Shown: positions 18,249-29,607 of the stretch, in pieces
Numbering within the stretch: position 1 is the stretch's first letter
How the letters are laid out: each line of letters opens with the position of its first letter
Assembly: GCA_902518355.1 (NCBI GenBank)
Contig: CABYFY010000003.1
Span: 73,502-137,501 of the forward strand
Direction: 5' to 3'
Length of the DNA stretch: 64,000 bases
Source: an uncultured Bacteroidota bacterium
GTDB lineage: Bacteria; Bacteroidota; Bacteroidia; Flavobacteriales; Flavobacteriaceae
Translations under genes and position numbers: made by a program
The notes under the pieces: model-generated
Seen by the model: only the letters and a program-made list of their open reading frames with translations
Database searches by the model: none
Told to the model about the DNA's origin: nothing

Positions 18249-19748
18249 TTAATTTCCTCTTTTTACAACAAAAAGACCGTTTTGTATATCACTGATTATA
18301 ATGTTTCTGCTTTCATGAAAAGGGTAAACACTCCAAGCTCCGCTAAAACCTGTGCCATCTGATTGAGGATAAGAATCAAAAAAGCCTATTTCATTCATTT
18401 GCTTTGATTCAATTTGACTTATATCAATTTCTCTAAGTCCTGCTTTGTAGCTTGCCAAATAATATTTATCTCCAACAACATAACCATTGTGATCATATGC
18501 AAGTGTAGGACCATAGTAATCAAAGTGAATTTGTGGATTGTCAAGATTGGTTAAATTTAAAACTATGCTTCTTGTATTTATTCCATCAGCAGCCTCATCT
18601 AACTCATCTCCAACTATAAAATATTTGTGATCTTCTGTTAACCAACCTTGATGAGTATAATGTACATTTTCGTACACGATTGTAGAGATTAGAATTGGAT
18701 TACTTTTATCGCTAACGTCAATAATATCAACCTGCTGTGCATTACTTCCAATAATAATTTCTTTCCCTACATGATCAGAGTCAGGACCATTGTATATTAC
18801 TGCTTGAGCATCATGACAATAACCTGTATCACTGAAGCCTCCTTCTAAAATAGGTGATGTTGGATTCTGTATATTAACAAAAATAGGACCTCCATCAAAC
18901 ATACCACCTTCATGCCCAGGATCTCTTGAAAAAATTCTTCCAGGATCTTGATTTCCGACGGCGTATGCATATCCAGTCTCTTCATTAATAACAATATTAT
19001 GAGCCCTTCCAAAATCTGTAAAATGAGAATCAGAATTAAACACAGTTGGAATATTTTCAGTATTCCTCAATCTGGTTAAGTCAAAAATTTGCATGCCATG
19101 ATTAGAAGCTTCACTAACAATAAATGCATAATTATTATATACTTTTATATCTCTCCAAATACTATTAACAGATGCAGTAGGCAGTATTCCTATCAACAAC
19201 AGGTTATCTGGATCGCTCATATCAACAAAAGAAGTATGTGAAGAGAGTCCCACTATAGCATATTCTTTTCCCGTTACAGGGTCCTTCCATCCCCATGAAT
19301 CATTAACCCTTGTGTTTTCTTGAAAATTTATGCTCAAGTTTTCAATTGATAAATGACCCAATAAATTATAACCACTACATGGGTAGTTTCCGGCAAATCC
19401 ATCTATACATGGTAACGAAGTAAAATCAACAAGATCACAGGTATCACCAATACCATCACCATCATTATCAGCCTGAAGCGGATTAAAATTTGAAGGACAA
19501 TTATCTTCGGCATCTATGATTCCGTCTTCATCAATATCGGAACACACATCTCCAATACCATCACTATTACTATCGTTTTGATTTGGATTTGAGTCAAAAG
19601 GACAGTTGTCTATCAAATCGTAATATCCATCATTGTCATTATCAGCATAATTTTGATCAATTGACTCATTTTGACAACTTTGTAAATTGATGACAGTAAA
19701 GATTACAGAGGAAATAAATAGATAGTTTGTTATTTTTCGAATAAGCAT
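18249..19748 (-). CDS. lipoprotein with thrombospondin type-3 (Ca-binding) repeats and a choice-of-anchor-B / LVIVD-like beta-propeller domain
   Basis: Lipobox NLQSC. Repeated DxDxDGxxDxxDxC motifs ([46 protein letters not shown]). Then a propeller-like region ([29 protein letters not shown]). Confidence 0.75.
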   Translation of the reverse strand: MLIRKITNYLFISSVIFTVINLQSCQNESIDQNYADNDNDGYYDLIDNCPFDSNPNQNDSNSDGIGDVCSDIDEDGIIDAEDNCPSNFNPLQADNDGDGIGDTCDLVDFTSLPCIDGFAGNYPCSGYNLLGHLSIENLSINFQENTRVNDSWGWKDPVTGKEYAIVGLSSHTSFVDMSDPDNLLLIGILPTASVNSIWRDIKVYNNYAFIVSEASNHGMQIFDLTRLRNTENIPTVFNSDSHFTDFGRAHNIVINEETGYAYAVGNQDPGRIFSRDPGHEGGMFDGGPIFVNIQNPTSPILEGGFSDTGYCHDAQAVIYNGPDSDHVGKEIIIGSNAQQVDIIDVSDKSNPILISTIVYENVHYTHQGWLTEDHKYFIVGDELDEAADGINTRSIVLNLTNLDNPQIHFDYYGPTLAYDHNGYVVGDKYYLASYKAGLREIDISQIESKQMNEIGFFDSYPQSDGTGFSGAWSVYPFHESRNIIISDIQNGLFVVKRGN

Positions 19749-19795
19749 AAGTTATTTTAGAGGGGCTAAGATATTCAATTAAATATTAATAAATA

Positions 19796-20290
19796 TTATA
19801 GGCTTATTTGCCTATTTATTTGTTGTTCTAAGGAAATATATGTTTCCGTTCTTGAAACTCCCTGAATTGTTTGGATTTTTTTTGTTAGAATTTCCATTAG
19901 ATCTTCATTATCCTTACAGATTAGCTTTGCAAGTACACTCCAATCGCCTGTTGTATAATGACATTCTAAAATTTCTGGAATTTCTTTTAGCTGATTAACC
20001 ACTGTTTTATTGTTAGTTGCTTTATCTAAAAAAATACCAATAAATGCCATGGTAGTAAACCCAAGAACCTTGGTGTTAACTATTATACTAGAGCCAATAA
20101 TTAAATTTTGCGATTCAAGTTTTCTAAGTCTTTGATGTATTGCCGCTCCCGAAATTCCAATATTTTTTGCTATTTCAAGAATGGGTCTTCTTGAATTTTC
20201 CATAAGCATTTTTAGAATTTTTTTATCTATACCGTCTAATTTCAAAATATCTTTTTTCAACTTATCATATTTCGTTAAATAAAATTCCAA
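19796..20290 (-). CDS. Lrp/AsnC-family transcriptional regulator
   Basis: HTH region LDGIDKKILKMLMENSRRPILEIAKNIGISGAAIHQRLRKLE plus a C-terminal ligand-binding (RAM) domain. Confidence 0.9.
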   Translation of the reverse strand: MEFYLTKYDKLKKDILKLDGIDKKILKMLMENSRRPILEIAKNIGISGAAIHQRLRKLESQNLIIGSSIIVNTKVLGFTTMAFIGIFLDKATNNKTVVNQLKEIPEILECHYTTGDWSVLAKLICKDNEDLMEILTKKIQTIQGVSRTETYISLEQQINRQISL

Positions 20291-21593
20291 AACTTTCTAG
20301 TTCTTTCAAAACTGGCTCGTAAATTTCTTTATTAACCGGTGTTTGAACACCTAGAGAATTTATTTGACCGTTTAAAATCATTAAACACGAAATCGCAAGT
20401 GGCAAACCTACAGTTTTAGCCATTGCTGTAAATGTACTGTCCTCTCCGATACATCCCATCGTTGAAACAATAGTCTTTTCCTTGTTTAAATTGTCCCTGA
20501 ATTTGAATTCGTGATACATCACTATCATATCTTTGTCATTATCCTCCAACTGCCATGCCTGTTTTAATATATGCTCTAAAATTTGTGCTGGAGAAGCTTT
20601 ATCAAAAGGAATCTTCTTTGAATTACTAAACAGATTAATTTCATTGAGTTTAACCCAATCAATATCTTTCTCATTTATATTTAATAAATTTTTAACCTTT
20701 TCTTCAACTGTTAAAGATTTATTATACGGAAGAAAACGATTCAAAAAATCTCTGTAAGACAAATCTTTACAATCAAACATTTTAAAGCTATCATCGGTTA
20801 ATCCTAAGCTTATAAGCATATTCCATGAGTTTGGAAAACCTACTTTTCTGATGGTTCCCCTGATCATTGTTTCAATATCATTCAAATTATAAATTTCTCT
20901 ATACTTTAACGAGTCCCTATTTGGATATACATCAAAACCTCCATATTCGTTTATATTTATTCTTTCAGTATTTTCAAAAAGCCTATTGTATGGCAAATAT
21001 TTATACTTTTTATTTTCAATGTATTTAGCAGGTGAGCCTTGACCAGCTAAAACAACATTTCTTGGATTCCAAGTAAATTTATAGTTCCATGAATTATTAT
21101 CACTCTCAGGGGCAATTAAGCCGCCTGTGTATGATTTAAAAGAGTATATAGAACAACTATTTTCCTTAAGTTTATCTATTATTTTTTTTGCACTCATATG
21201 ATCAATACCTGGGTCAAGCCCCATCTCATTTAAAAAAATTAAATTTCTGTCTTTAACGCTTCTATTGATGCTTCTCATTTCATCGCTAACATAAGATGCG
21301 GTTATTAAATTTTTTTTGAGCTTAAGACATGAGTTAGCAAGAATCATGTGGAGTCTTGCTGGTAACATTGATATGATAATATCATTTTTTAATAAATATC
21401 CTTCTCTTTCTTTATCATCTAAAATATTTATTGTTGAAACATTACATCTATTGTTTTTTTTATGATGCAGTAAATGATCAATTGTAACATCGGTGATGTT
21501 TAAATAAAGATTTTGTTCTTGAGATTTATCTGATAAATATTTAATCAAATAAGGAGAAGATTTTCCTGCACCAACGATTAAAATATTTCTCAT
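20265..21593 (-). CDS. saccharopine dehydrogenase family protein (lysine catabolism)
   Basis: Rossmann start ILIVGAGKSSPY. 442 aa with conserved GLDPGIDHM. An Lrp-family regulator follows immediately (26-nt overlap). Confidence 0.8.
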   Translation of the reverse strand: MRNILIVGAGKSSPYLIKYLSDKSQEQNLYLNITDVTIDHLLHHKKNNRCNVSTINILDDKEREGYLLKNDIIISMLPARLHMILANSCLKLKKNLITASYVSDEMRSINRSVKDRNLIFLNEMGLDPGIDHMSAKKIIDKLKENSCSIYSFKSYTGGLIAPESDNNSWNYKFTWNPRNVVLAGQGSPAKYIENKKYKYLPYNRLFENTERININEYGGFDVYPNRDSLKYREIYNLNDIETMIRGTIRKVGFPNSWNMLISLGLTDDSFKMFDCKDLSYRDFLNRFLPYNKSLTVEEKVKNLLNINEKDIDWVKLNEINLFSNSKKIPFDKASPAQILEHILKQAWQLEDNDKDMIVMYHEFKFRDNLNKEKTIVSTMGCIGEDSTFTAMAKTVGLPLAISCLMILNGQINSLGVQTPVNKEIYEPVLKELESFGILFNEI

Positions 21594-21691
21594 ACGACAA
21601 AAATTTAAAATATAATATTAGTAAATTAATATTACTATTAATTAAATAATTTAGATTAATTTTAATCTTTCATTCTATTGAAAATTTATTT

Positions 21692-23302
21692 ATGAATCGA
21701 AACTCAAACGATTTAGAAAAACATATAATTTCATTAGAAGATTATGGTATTATAAATGCTAAAATTAACTATAATCTTTCTGTTGAATCTCTTTACAACA
21801 TTTGTGTTAACAACAATCAAGGAGTTTTAACTAATAAGAATGTTTTAGCAATCAACACTGGGAAATTCACAGGTCGTTCTCCAAAAGATCGTTATATCGT
21901 CTCAGACAAAATAACAAAAGATAAAGTATGGTGGGGTGAAATAAATAGACCGATCGACTCAAATGTTTTTGACAATTTATTTACAAAGATGATTAATCAT
22001 CTTAGTGGAAAAGAGCTGTATGTTAGAGATTGCTATGCATGCGCATCTCAAAAAAATAGACTAAATCTTAGAACAATATGTGAATATGCATGGAGTGATA
22101 TTTTTTCACATAATATGTTTTTAAGACTTGAAAATAATGAGAAATTCAAAATAGAATGGACTGTAATATCAGCTCCAAATTTTCATGCAAATCCTAAAGA
22201 AGATGGTATTGATAATGAGAATTTTTCAATTATTAATTTTTCAAAGAAAATCATAATAATTGGTGGAACTGGATATACTGGTGAGATTAAAAAAGGAATT
22301 TTTTCTGTTTTAAATTTCACTTTACCTGTCCAGAAAAATGTTTTACCAATGCATTGCAGTGCAAACTCAGGAGAGAATGGTGATACCTCAATTTTCTTTG
22401 GTCTTTCTGGCACCGGAAAAACTACTCTGTCAACTGACTCTTCAAGAAAATTAATTGGGGATGATGAGCATGGCTGGGATCAAGATGATAACATCTTTAA
22501 TTTTGAGGGTGGTTGCTATGCTAAAGTATTAAATCTTTCAAAGGAAAAAGAACCTGAAATTTTTGGTGCTATAAGCAGAGGTGCTTTACTGGAAAACGTT
22601 ATTCTTGACAATAAAGGTGAGGTTGATTTTAAAAACAAGACAATAACTCAAAACTCAAGAGTTAGTTATCCAATTTACTTTATAAATAATATCAAGCAAC
22701 CCTCAATAGGGAATAACCCAAAAAATATTTTCTTTTTAACCGCAGATGCTTTTGGTGTTTTACCACCGATATCAAAGCTAACTCCAAGTCAATCTGCTTA
22801 TCATTTTATTTCAGGTTACACCTCAAAATTAGCTGGAACTGAGGACGGAGTTGACGAACCTGTTCCTTCATTTTCAGCATGCTTTGGAGCCCCTTTTATG
22901 CCACTTCATCCAACTGTTTATGCAAAAATGTTAATCAAAAAGATGAAAGAATCTGGGGTTGATGTTTGGTTGGTAAACACAGGCTGGACAGGTGGTCCAT
23001 ATGGAGTTGGTAAAAGAATGGAACTAAAATATACCAGAGCGATGATAAATGCTGCTATATCAGGTGAACTTGACAAATTAAATAATGGTAATTATCATAT
23101 TCATTCGGTTTTTAATTTAATGCAGCCAAGAGTTTGTCCTAATGTACCAACCAGTGTTTTAAGTCCAAGACAGACATGGAACAACGACGTAAAATATTAT
23201 AAAAAGGCATATATGTTATCATCTGCATTTATTAAGAATTTTGAAAAATTTTCTGATGAGGCAGATGATCAGATTTTATCAGGAGCTCCAAATACGAAAT
23301 AA
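21692..23302 (+). CDS. pckA: phosphoenolpyruvate carboxykinase (ATP)
   Basis: Kinase-1a motif GLSGTGKTTLS, plus GRSPKDR and IGDDEHGW blocks. Confidence 0.96.
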   Translation: MNRNSNDLEKHIISLEDYGIINAKINYNLSVESLYNICVNNNQGVLTNKNVLAINTGKFTGRSPKDRYIVSDKITKDKVWWGEINRPIDSNVFDNLFTKMINHLSGKELYVRDCYACASQKNRLNLRTICEYAWSDIFSHNMFLRLENNEKFKIEWTVISAPNFHANPKEDGIDNENFSIINFSKKIIIIGGTGYTGEIKKGIFSVLNFTLPVQKNVLPMHCSANSGENGDTSIFFGLSGTGKTTLSTDSSRKLIGDDEHGWDQDDNIFNFEGGCYAKVLNLSKEKEPEIFGAISRGALLENVILDNKGEVDFKNKTITQNSRVSYPIYFINNIKQPSIGNNPKNIFFLTADAFGVLPPISKLTPSQSAYHFISGYTSKLAGTEDGVDEPVPSFSACFGAPFMPLHPTVYAKMLIKKMKESGVDVWLVNTGWTGGPYGVGKRMELKYTRAMINAAISGELDKLNNGNYHIHSVFNLMQPRVCPNVPTSVLSPRQTWNNDVKYYKKAYMLSSAFIKNFEKFSDEADDQILSGAPNTK

Positions 23303-23305
23303 ATA

Positions 23306-24055
23306 TTACTTCTTTTTATTTGCTTTTAGTATATAATTATCTAATGCCATAGACATTGATGGAAACTTTGGAGATGGGGCATAAATATCAACATTTAATC
23401 CTTTCTCCTCAACAGCTTTTTTAGTTATTGCTCCAAAAACTGCTATTCTTGTATTATTTTGTTTAAAATCAGGAAAATTATGAAATAATGATTCGATTCC
23501 TGAAGGACTATAAAAAACTAATACATCATAAGTAACATCAGCTAAATGAGACAAATCACTTATGACAGTTTTGTAAAAAACAGATTGTCTCCATTTAATT
23601 TCTAATTCATCAAGAAGTTTAGGAACTTCTGGTTTTAATTTATCTGTGGTAGGTAAAAGGAATGTTTCATTTTTATGTTTTGCGATTAAAGGACAAAGAT
23701 CCTTGAAAGCCCTTTTCCCAACATAAATTTTTCTTTTCCTATAAACCACATGATTTTGAAGATATAGTGCAACTACTTCTGATTGACAAAAATATTTCAT
23801 TGAATCAGGTACTTTAAACCTCATTTTTTCACAAATTCTAAAGTAGTGATCAACAGCATATCTGCTTGTTAAAATTATTGCTGAGAACTTAGTTAAATCT
23901 ATTTTTTGAAGTCTTATTTCTTTGACAGTAGCACCTTTTACATGAATAAATGGAATAAAGTCAATTTTTAACTTTCTTCTTTTTTGTAAATCCAAAAAAG
24001 GAGAATTCTCAATCTTTGGACGGGGTTGAGAAACAAGTATTGTTTTAACTTTCAT
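23306..24055 (-). CDS. hemD: uroporphyrinogen-III synthase-like protein
   Basis: MKVKTILVSQPRPK.ENSPF start and two-lobe HemD-like organisation. Paired with a DUF4271-like membrane protein, as commonly seen in Bacteroidota (recall). Confidence 0.7.
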   Translation of the reverse strand: MKVKTILVSQPRPKIENSPFLDLQKRRKLKIDFIPFIHVKGATVKEIRLQKIDLTKFSAIILTSRYAVDHYFRICEKMRFKVPDSMKYFCQSEVVALYLQNHVVYRKRKIYVGKRAFKDLCPLIAKHKNETFLLPTTDKLKPEVPKLLDELEIKWRQSVFYKTVISDLSHLADVTYDVLVFYSPSGIESLFHNFPDFKQNNTRIAVFGAITKKAVEEKGLNVDIYAPSPKFPSMSMALDNYILKANKKK

Positions 24056-24070
24056 TTGGCCATTCTATTT

Positions 24071-24694
24071 TTATAAAACATTACTAATCAAATAGTAATA
24101 AGGTATAATTTCAAGTGTGCAAAGATACAAAATAAAATAAAACCAATTTTTATATATAGTTTTTTTCATAGAAAAAAAAATTAAAAAATAGCTGTATATA
24201 AAATATAGTAGTGATAATGTTATAAAAATTAAAGTAATATTATGATTATCAAAAATTGAATAGGTAATAAAAAAATTAAAAAAAAGAATCAAAATTCCTA
24301 ATGAATTATTAAAAACTAATTTTAGATAAATATAGTTTCTCATCATTTTTTTTGCCGAAAATAAACCCCCAATAATAACGTCAAATAGGATTTTGAAAAG
24401 AAAGAAAATAATGAGGTATTTAAAGTATTTAATGTAAACAGCAATATCAAAATTCTGATTATAAAAAAATGTCAGCAGCAATGACAAATTCGAAATGAAT
24501 AAAATATTATAAATAATTTCAGGAAATTTAATTCCGATTAGATTATTAGAGAAACTATTTCTTGAATCTCTTTGAAAAAAACTTAAATTTTGATAAAATA
24601 TATTCGAATCAATTTTTTTTAAAATAATTAAAAGAAAAAAAGAACCAAATAATATTATTGTCAATGAGTCATTTGAAATTATTTCTCTAATCAT
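24071..24694 (-). CDS. polytopic membrane protein (DUF4271-like)
   Basis: Six or so hydrophobic helices. Conserved neighbour of the hemD-like gene. Confidence 0.6.
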   Translation of the reverse strand: MIREIISNDSLTIILFGSFFLLIILKKIDSNIFYQNLSFFQRDSRNSFSNNLIGIKFPEIIYNILFISNLSLLLTFFYNQNFDIAVYIKYFKYLIIFFLFKILFDVIIGGLFSAKKMMRNYIYLKLVFNNSLGILILFFNFFITYSIFDNHNITLIFITLSLLYFIYSYFLIFFSMKKTIYKNWFYFILYLCTLEIIPYYYLISNVL

Positions 24695-24731
24695 AATTAT
24701 TTATTAAATTATCTTTTAAACTAAAAAATAA

Positions 24732-24739
24732 TATTTTTG
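24732..24739 (+). promoter_or_regulatory. candidate -7 promoter element (TAnnTTTG)
   Basis: TATTTTTG, 15 nt upstream of ATG 24754. Confidence 0.35.
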
Positions 24740-24753
24740 CAAAAAATAACTTG

Positions 24754-25473
24754 ATGAATGAAGTTTTAGTAATAATTCCAACTTACAATGAAGGTGAAAA
24801 TATTATCAAAATCATTGAATCAATATTTACTATTCATCAAGACATTAATATCCTGATTGTTGATGATAACTCACCAGATGGTACCTCAGGTAAAGTTAAA
24901 GAACTAATATCGAAATACAATAATAAGCTTAATTTAATAACCAGGGAATCAAAAATGGGTCTTGGAACAGCTTATCTGAGAGGCTTCAATTGGGCAATTA
25001 ATAAAGATTTCAATTATATTATTTCTATGGATGCTGATTTTTCGCATAACCCATCTGATATTATTAGGCTTTACAAAAGTTGTGTTAATGAAAAAAATGA
25101 TATTTGTATTGGTTCAAGATATATAAAAGGCATAAATGTGGTCAATTGGCCTCTTCAAAGAATTATTCTTTCATATTTTGCTTCATTGTACGTCAGATTA
25201 ATTACAGGAATGAATATAATGGATACCACATCGGGATTTGTGTGTTACTCTGTCAAATCACTACAAAAATTAGATTTAAGTGAAATAGAGTTTAACGGAT
25301 ATGCATTTCAAATTGAAATGAAATTTAAACTATTTTTGAAGAAGTTATGTATAGTAGAAATACCTATAATTTTCAGTGACAGAAAATTTGGCAAATCAAA
25401 ATTGAACAGTTCTATAATAGGAGAAGCTGTTTTTGGAGTTATCTCTATGAAATTTAAGAGTTTTTTTAACTAA
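24754..25473 (+). CDS. GT2 polyprenol-phosphate mannosyltransferase
   Basis: VIIPTYNEGENI and VDDNSPDGT motifs of Dpm1-like GT2 enzymes. ATG 24754 is preferred over TTG 24751. Confidence 0.88.
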   Translation: MNEVLVIIPTYNEGENIIKIIESIFTIHQDINILIVDDNSPDGTSGKVKELISKYNNKLNLITRESKMGLGTAYLRGFNWAINKDFNYIISMDADFSHNPSDIIRLYKSCVNEKNDICIGSRYIKGINVVNWPLQRIILSYFASLYVRLITGMNIMDTTSGFVCYSVKSLQKLDLSEIEFNGYAFQIEMKFKLFLKKLCIVEIPIIFSDRKFGKSKLNSSIIGEAVFGVISMKFKSFFN

Positions 25474-25476
25474 AAT

Positions 25477-26817
25477 ATGAGGAGAACAATAATTAAAAAT
25501 GCAAATATTATAAGTGAGGGAAAAATATTTGAATCAGATATTTTAATTGAAGATTTTTTTATCTCAAAAATTTCTAAATCAATAAGTCCTAATTTTCCAA
25601 ATACAAAGATCATAGATGCAGAAGGAAATTTTGTTATTCCAGGACTTATAGACGATCAAGTTCATTTTAGAGAACCTGGACTAACTCATAAAGGAAACAT
25701 ATTTTCAGAGTCAAGGTCTGCTGTGGCTGGAGGTATCACCTCTTTTTTTGAAATGCCTAATACCCAACCAAACACCACAAAAATTGATGCTTTAAACAAT
25801 AAATATAATATCGCGAGTGAAAACTCTATAGCTAACTATTCTTTTATGTTTGGAGGAACAAATTCTAATTTGGATGAAATATTAAAAATTAACACAAAAG
25901 AGGTACCAGCTGTCAAATTATTTTTAGGATCTTCAACCGGAAATATGCTTGTAGATGATCTTGATTCTTTAGAAAATATATTTTCAAATGTTAATATTCC
26001 CATTGCAGTTCATTGTGAAGATGAAAAAACCGTAAAGGATAATTTAAAATTACATATTGAAACATTTGGTGATAATATACCAATCAACTACCATCCAAAA
26101 ATTAGAAGTGAAGAAGCATGTTTTATTTCTTCATGTATGGCAGTAGCATTAGCAAAAAAAACGGGGGCAAGATTACATGTTTTTCACCTTTCCACTGCTA
26201 AAGAACTGGAATTATTTTCAAATAAAATTCAATTAAAAGACAAACAAATTACTTCTGAAGTATGTATACATCATTTGACTTTTTGTGATGAAGATTATGA
26301 TAAGTTTGGCTCAAAAATTAAATGGAATCCAGCTGTAAAGACATCAAATGATAGAGAAAAATTATGGGACGCATTAAATAATGATTTAATTGATGTTATA
26401 GCAACAGACCACGCACCACACACAATTGAGGAAAAACAAAATCCATATACCTCATGTCCCTCTGGTGGCCCTTTGGTTCAACACTCCCTTGTTTCAATGC
26501 TTGAAGCATATCATAATGAAAAAATCTCTTTAGAAAAAATAGTTCAAAAAATGTGTCACAATCCTGCAATTCTATTTGATGTGGAAAAAAGAGGATTTAT
26601 CAGAGAAGGTTTTTATGCAGATTTAGTAATATTTGACCTCAATAGCCCTTGGAAAGTATCAAAAGATAATTTACTTTATAAATGTAATTGGTCACCTTTT
26701 GAAAATAAAACATTTAAATCTAGAATATTACACACATTGGTTAACGGTAATCTTGTTTTCTCACATGGAAAAATTATAGAATCTGGTAAGGGATTGAAAA
26801 TCATGTTTGAAAGATGA
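25477..26817 (+). CDS. pyrC: dihydroorotase (amidohydrolase superfamily)
   Basis: Metal-binding DDQVHFREPG, and later ATDHAPH. 446 aa. Confidence 0.88.
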   Translation: MRRTIIKNANIISEGKIFESDILIEDFFISKISKSISPNFPNTKIIDAEGNFVIPGLIDDQVHFREPGLTHKGNIFSESRSAVAGGITSFFEMPNTQPNTTKIDALNNKYNIASENSIANYSFMFGGTNSNLDEILKINTKEVPAVKLFLGSSTGNMLVDDLDSLENIFSNVNIPIAVHCEDEKTVKDNLKLHIETFGDNIPINYHPKIRSEEACFISSCMAVALAKKTGARLHVFHLSTAKELELFSNKIQLKDKQITSEVCIHHLTFCDEDYDKFGSKIKWNPAVKTSNDREKLWDALNNDLIDVIATDHAPHTIEEKQNPYTSCPSGGPLVQHSLVSMLEAYHNEKISLEKIVQKMCHNPAILFDVEKRGFIREGFYADLVIFDLNSPWKVSKDNLLYKCNWSPFENKTFKSRILHTLVNGNLVFSHGKIIESGKGLKIMFER

Positions 26818-27272
26818 AAAAAACACTTCTTATATTAATTATTTTTTGTTCCTGTGGATTTGTCAATGACGAAAATTTAGTTCCAGATAATTTAATCACA
26901 GAGGAAAAAATGGTTGATATTTTATATGATATGTCATTGATCAGTGTTTCAAAGGGGATCAATAAAAGGATACTTGAAAACAATGGAATGAAGCCAAAAA
27001 AATACATACTTAAAAAACACAATATTGATAGTCTTCAGTTTGTATTAAGTAATGAGTATTATTCGAAGGATTTAGAAAGATATTTGAAAATATATGAGGA
27101 GGTTTTAAATAAACTTGAAATGAATAGGGAAATTATAGTGGATAGCATTGAAAATTATAAAAAAGATAGAGCAAAAAGAAGTCAGGAAATTAATCTTGAG
27201 ACTCCAAAAAACAATGAATTGTCGAAACCAACTTTAAGTGGAGACTTAAATTCTAATATCTTAGAAAATTAA
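26814..27272 (+). CDS. lipoprotein (DUF4296-like)
   Basis: Signal and lipobox IIFCSC. Conserved position after pyrC (recall). Confidence 0.6.
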   Translation: MKKTLLILIIFCSCGFVNDENLVPDNLITEEKMVDILYDMSLISVSKGINKRILENNGMKPKKYILKKHNIDSLQFVLSNEYYSKDLERYLKIYEEVLNKLEMNREIIVDSIENYKKDRAKRSQEINLETPKNNELSKPTLSGDLNSNILEN

Positions 27273-27303
27273 ACTATCTTTCGATAACTGTAAAAAAATT
27301 ATA

Positions 27304-28599
27304 ATGGTAGATTTTATAGATGAACTAAAATGGCGAGGTTTAATTCATGATTCTACACCTGGATTGCAAGAATATTTAAAAGATTCCCAGAGAACTGCTT
27401 ATATTGGTTTTGATCCTACGTCCGACTCATTGCATATAGGTAGTTTAGTTCCAATAATACTATTAGCTCATTTTCAAAAAAGTGGTCATCAGCCAATTGC
27501 ACTTGTAGGAGGAGCCACGGGAATGATTGGTGATCCCTCTGGAAAGTCAGTTGAAAGAAATCTTTTAGATGAAGAAACCCTGAGAAATAACGAAAACGGT
27601 ATCAGGAAACAACTTTCTCTGTTTTTATCATTTGATGAAAAATTTCCAAACCATGCAATGATAAAAAATAACTATGACTGGATGAATGAATTTTCTTTTC
27701 TTGATTTTATAAGAGACATTGGAAAGCATATTACCGTTAATTACATGATGTCTAAGGACTCAGTAAAAAATAGGATTGATTCAGAATCAGGATCTGGAAT
27801 GAGTTTCACAGAATTTACTTATCAACTTGTTCAAGGATATGATTTTTTATTTCTAAATAGAAATTTTAACTGTTCAATTCAAATGGGAGGCAGTGACCAG
27901 TGGGGAAATATTACAACCGGAATGGAATTGATAAGAAGGATTGATAATGGTAAAGGTTATGCTCTTACATGTCCTCTGATGACCAAATCAGATGGTTCAA
28001 AGTTCGGTAAGTCTGAGGGTGGAAATATTTGGCTAGATCCTAAAAAAACATCTGCGTATAAATTTTATCAATATTGGTTAAACAGCTCAGACGAGGATGC
28101 AAAAAATTATATTAAAATATTCACTTTTCTAGAAAAGGATGAAATCGAAAAAATAATTTCCCAACACGATAAAGAGCCACATCAAAGAATACTTCAAAAA
28201 AAATTAGCCGCTGAGGTAACACTTATGGTTCATAACCAGAATGAGCTTGACAATGCTGAGAAGGCATCTAAAGTTCTTTTTAGTAAGAACTTTTTACAAG
28301 AAATTAATGAGATAGATGAAAATATTTTTCTAGATATTTTTGATGGTGTTCCAATGAATGAGATAAGTTTAAATGAATTTAAAAATGGAATTGAAATTAT
28401 AAAAATACTTCATGAGAACTCAGGATTTTTAAGTTCAAATTCTGAAGCTAGAAGGGCTTTAGTTGAAAATTCAATATCGATTAATAAAAATAAGGTTGAT
28501 CAAAATTATATTGTTTCCGAAAAAGATTTAATAAAGAATAAATATGTTATTATAAATCGGGGAAAGAAAAAAACTTTCATATTGAAAGCAAAAGTTTAA
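27304..28599 (+). CDS. tyrS: tyrosine--tRNA ligase
   Basis: HIGH-type SLHIGSL, KMSKS-type KFGKS, and a C-terminal S4-like domain. Confidence 0.96.
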   Translation: MVDFIDELKWRGLIHDSTPGLQEYLKDSQRTAYIGFDPTSDSLHIGSLVPIILLAHFQKSGHQPIALVGGATGMIGDPSGKSVERNLLDEETLRNNENGIRKQLSLFLSFDEKFPNHAMIKNNYDWMNEFSFLDFIRDIGKHITVNYMMSKDSVKNRIDSESGSGMSFTEFTYQLVQGYDFLFLNRNFNCSIQMGGSDQWGNITTGMELIRRIDNGKGYALTCPLMTKSDGSKFGKSEGGNIWLDPKKTSAYKFYQYWLNSSDEDAKNYIKIFTFLEKDEIEKIISQHDKEPHQRILQKKLAAEVTLMVHNQNELDNAEKASKVLFSKNFLQEINEIDENIFLDIFDGVPMNEISLNEFKNGIEIIKILHENSGFLSSNSEARRALVENSISINKNKVDQNYIVSEKDLIKNKYVIINRGKKKTFILKAKV

Positions 28600-29573
28600 A
28601 CTAATAAGTTACATCCTCTTATATCACTATTGTCAACTCTTCCGATTAATTCAAATTCGTCATCGTTGACATGCTTACCCATATCATCTGTAGCTATGAA
28701 ACTACATGAATTATAATTAGCAAGGTCGATTATATTAATCGCCCCTGATTTTTTGTTAAAATCTAAGTTTTGAGCATCATTAATATCTCTGATAATTACT
28801 TTCATCCATGAAGGTGTTTTAAAAATACCATCACCTTTAGAATAAGCCTGAGAGAGTAATTCAGTCATGCCATATTCACTATGTATTTTACTTACCCCAA
28901 AACCACGTTTTAATTTTTCATGTAATTCTGTTCTCACCATTTCTTTCCTCCTTCCTTTCATTCCTCCAGTTTCCATTATAATTGTATTGTTTAGTTGAAA
29001 TTGATTAAAATCAATCATATCAAGCAATGCATAAGGAACACCGATTAAGATTGTTTTTCTTTCTTTTTTTGCATCTAGTTCGATTAGTTTTTTTGACAAA
29101 TTAATATAGTCGTCAAGAAAAAAACCACTTTCTTTTGATTTTGACAATTTGATTAATTTTTCAATCATATATATAAGAGATGAGTCTTTATTATCATAAT
29201 AGTTTGGAAGTAGAGCTAGAATTGTATATTGAGTTATGTCACTATAATTAAGCTTAAAATTATTAATGAAAGATTTTTGATAAAGTTTAAGACTGGAAAT
29301 GAAATGTTTGCTTCTTGAATTTGTTGTAGTTCCGCTGCTGTAAAATACTTTTTCAAAGTTATTAGTTGATAATATTTTTTTTGTTTTAAAAAATGAAATC
29401 GGTAAAAATGGAATTTTATTTATTTCATTTACATCAGTTGGATCTTCACAAATCATATTACAATAATTTTGATATACCATATTGTTTTCATATTGGAAAT
29501 TATATATATCTAAACATTGTTTTTTAAACTCCGAGTGATTTTTAATATCAAAAATTTTTTCAAAATTATGCAT
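28596..29573 (-). CDS. LuxE-like acyl-protein synthetase / acyl transferase family protein
   Basis: 325 aa adenylate-forming-like protein (SSGTT, ETGGMKGRRKEM). Assignment is by recall of the conserved flavobacterial family. Confidence 0.6.
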   Translation of the reverse strand: MHNFEKIFDIKNHSEFKKQCLDIYNFQYENNMVYQNYCNMICEDPTDVNEINKIPFLPISFFKTKKILSTNNFEKVFYSSGTTTNSRSKHFISSLKLYQKSFINNFKLNYSDITQYTILALLPNYYDNKDSSLIYMIEKLIKLSKSKESGFFLDDYINLSKKLIELDAKKERKTILIGVPYALLDMIDFNQFQLNNTIIMETGGMKGRRKEMVRTELHEKLKRGFGVSKIHSEYGMTELLSQAYSKGDGIFKTPSWMKVIIRDINDAQNLDFNKKSGAINIIDLANYNSCSFIATDDMGKHVNDDEFELIGRVDNSDIRGCNLLV

Positions 29574-29607
29574 AGATTAAAAATATATTATTAAAACGTT
29601 AAGTCGA

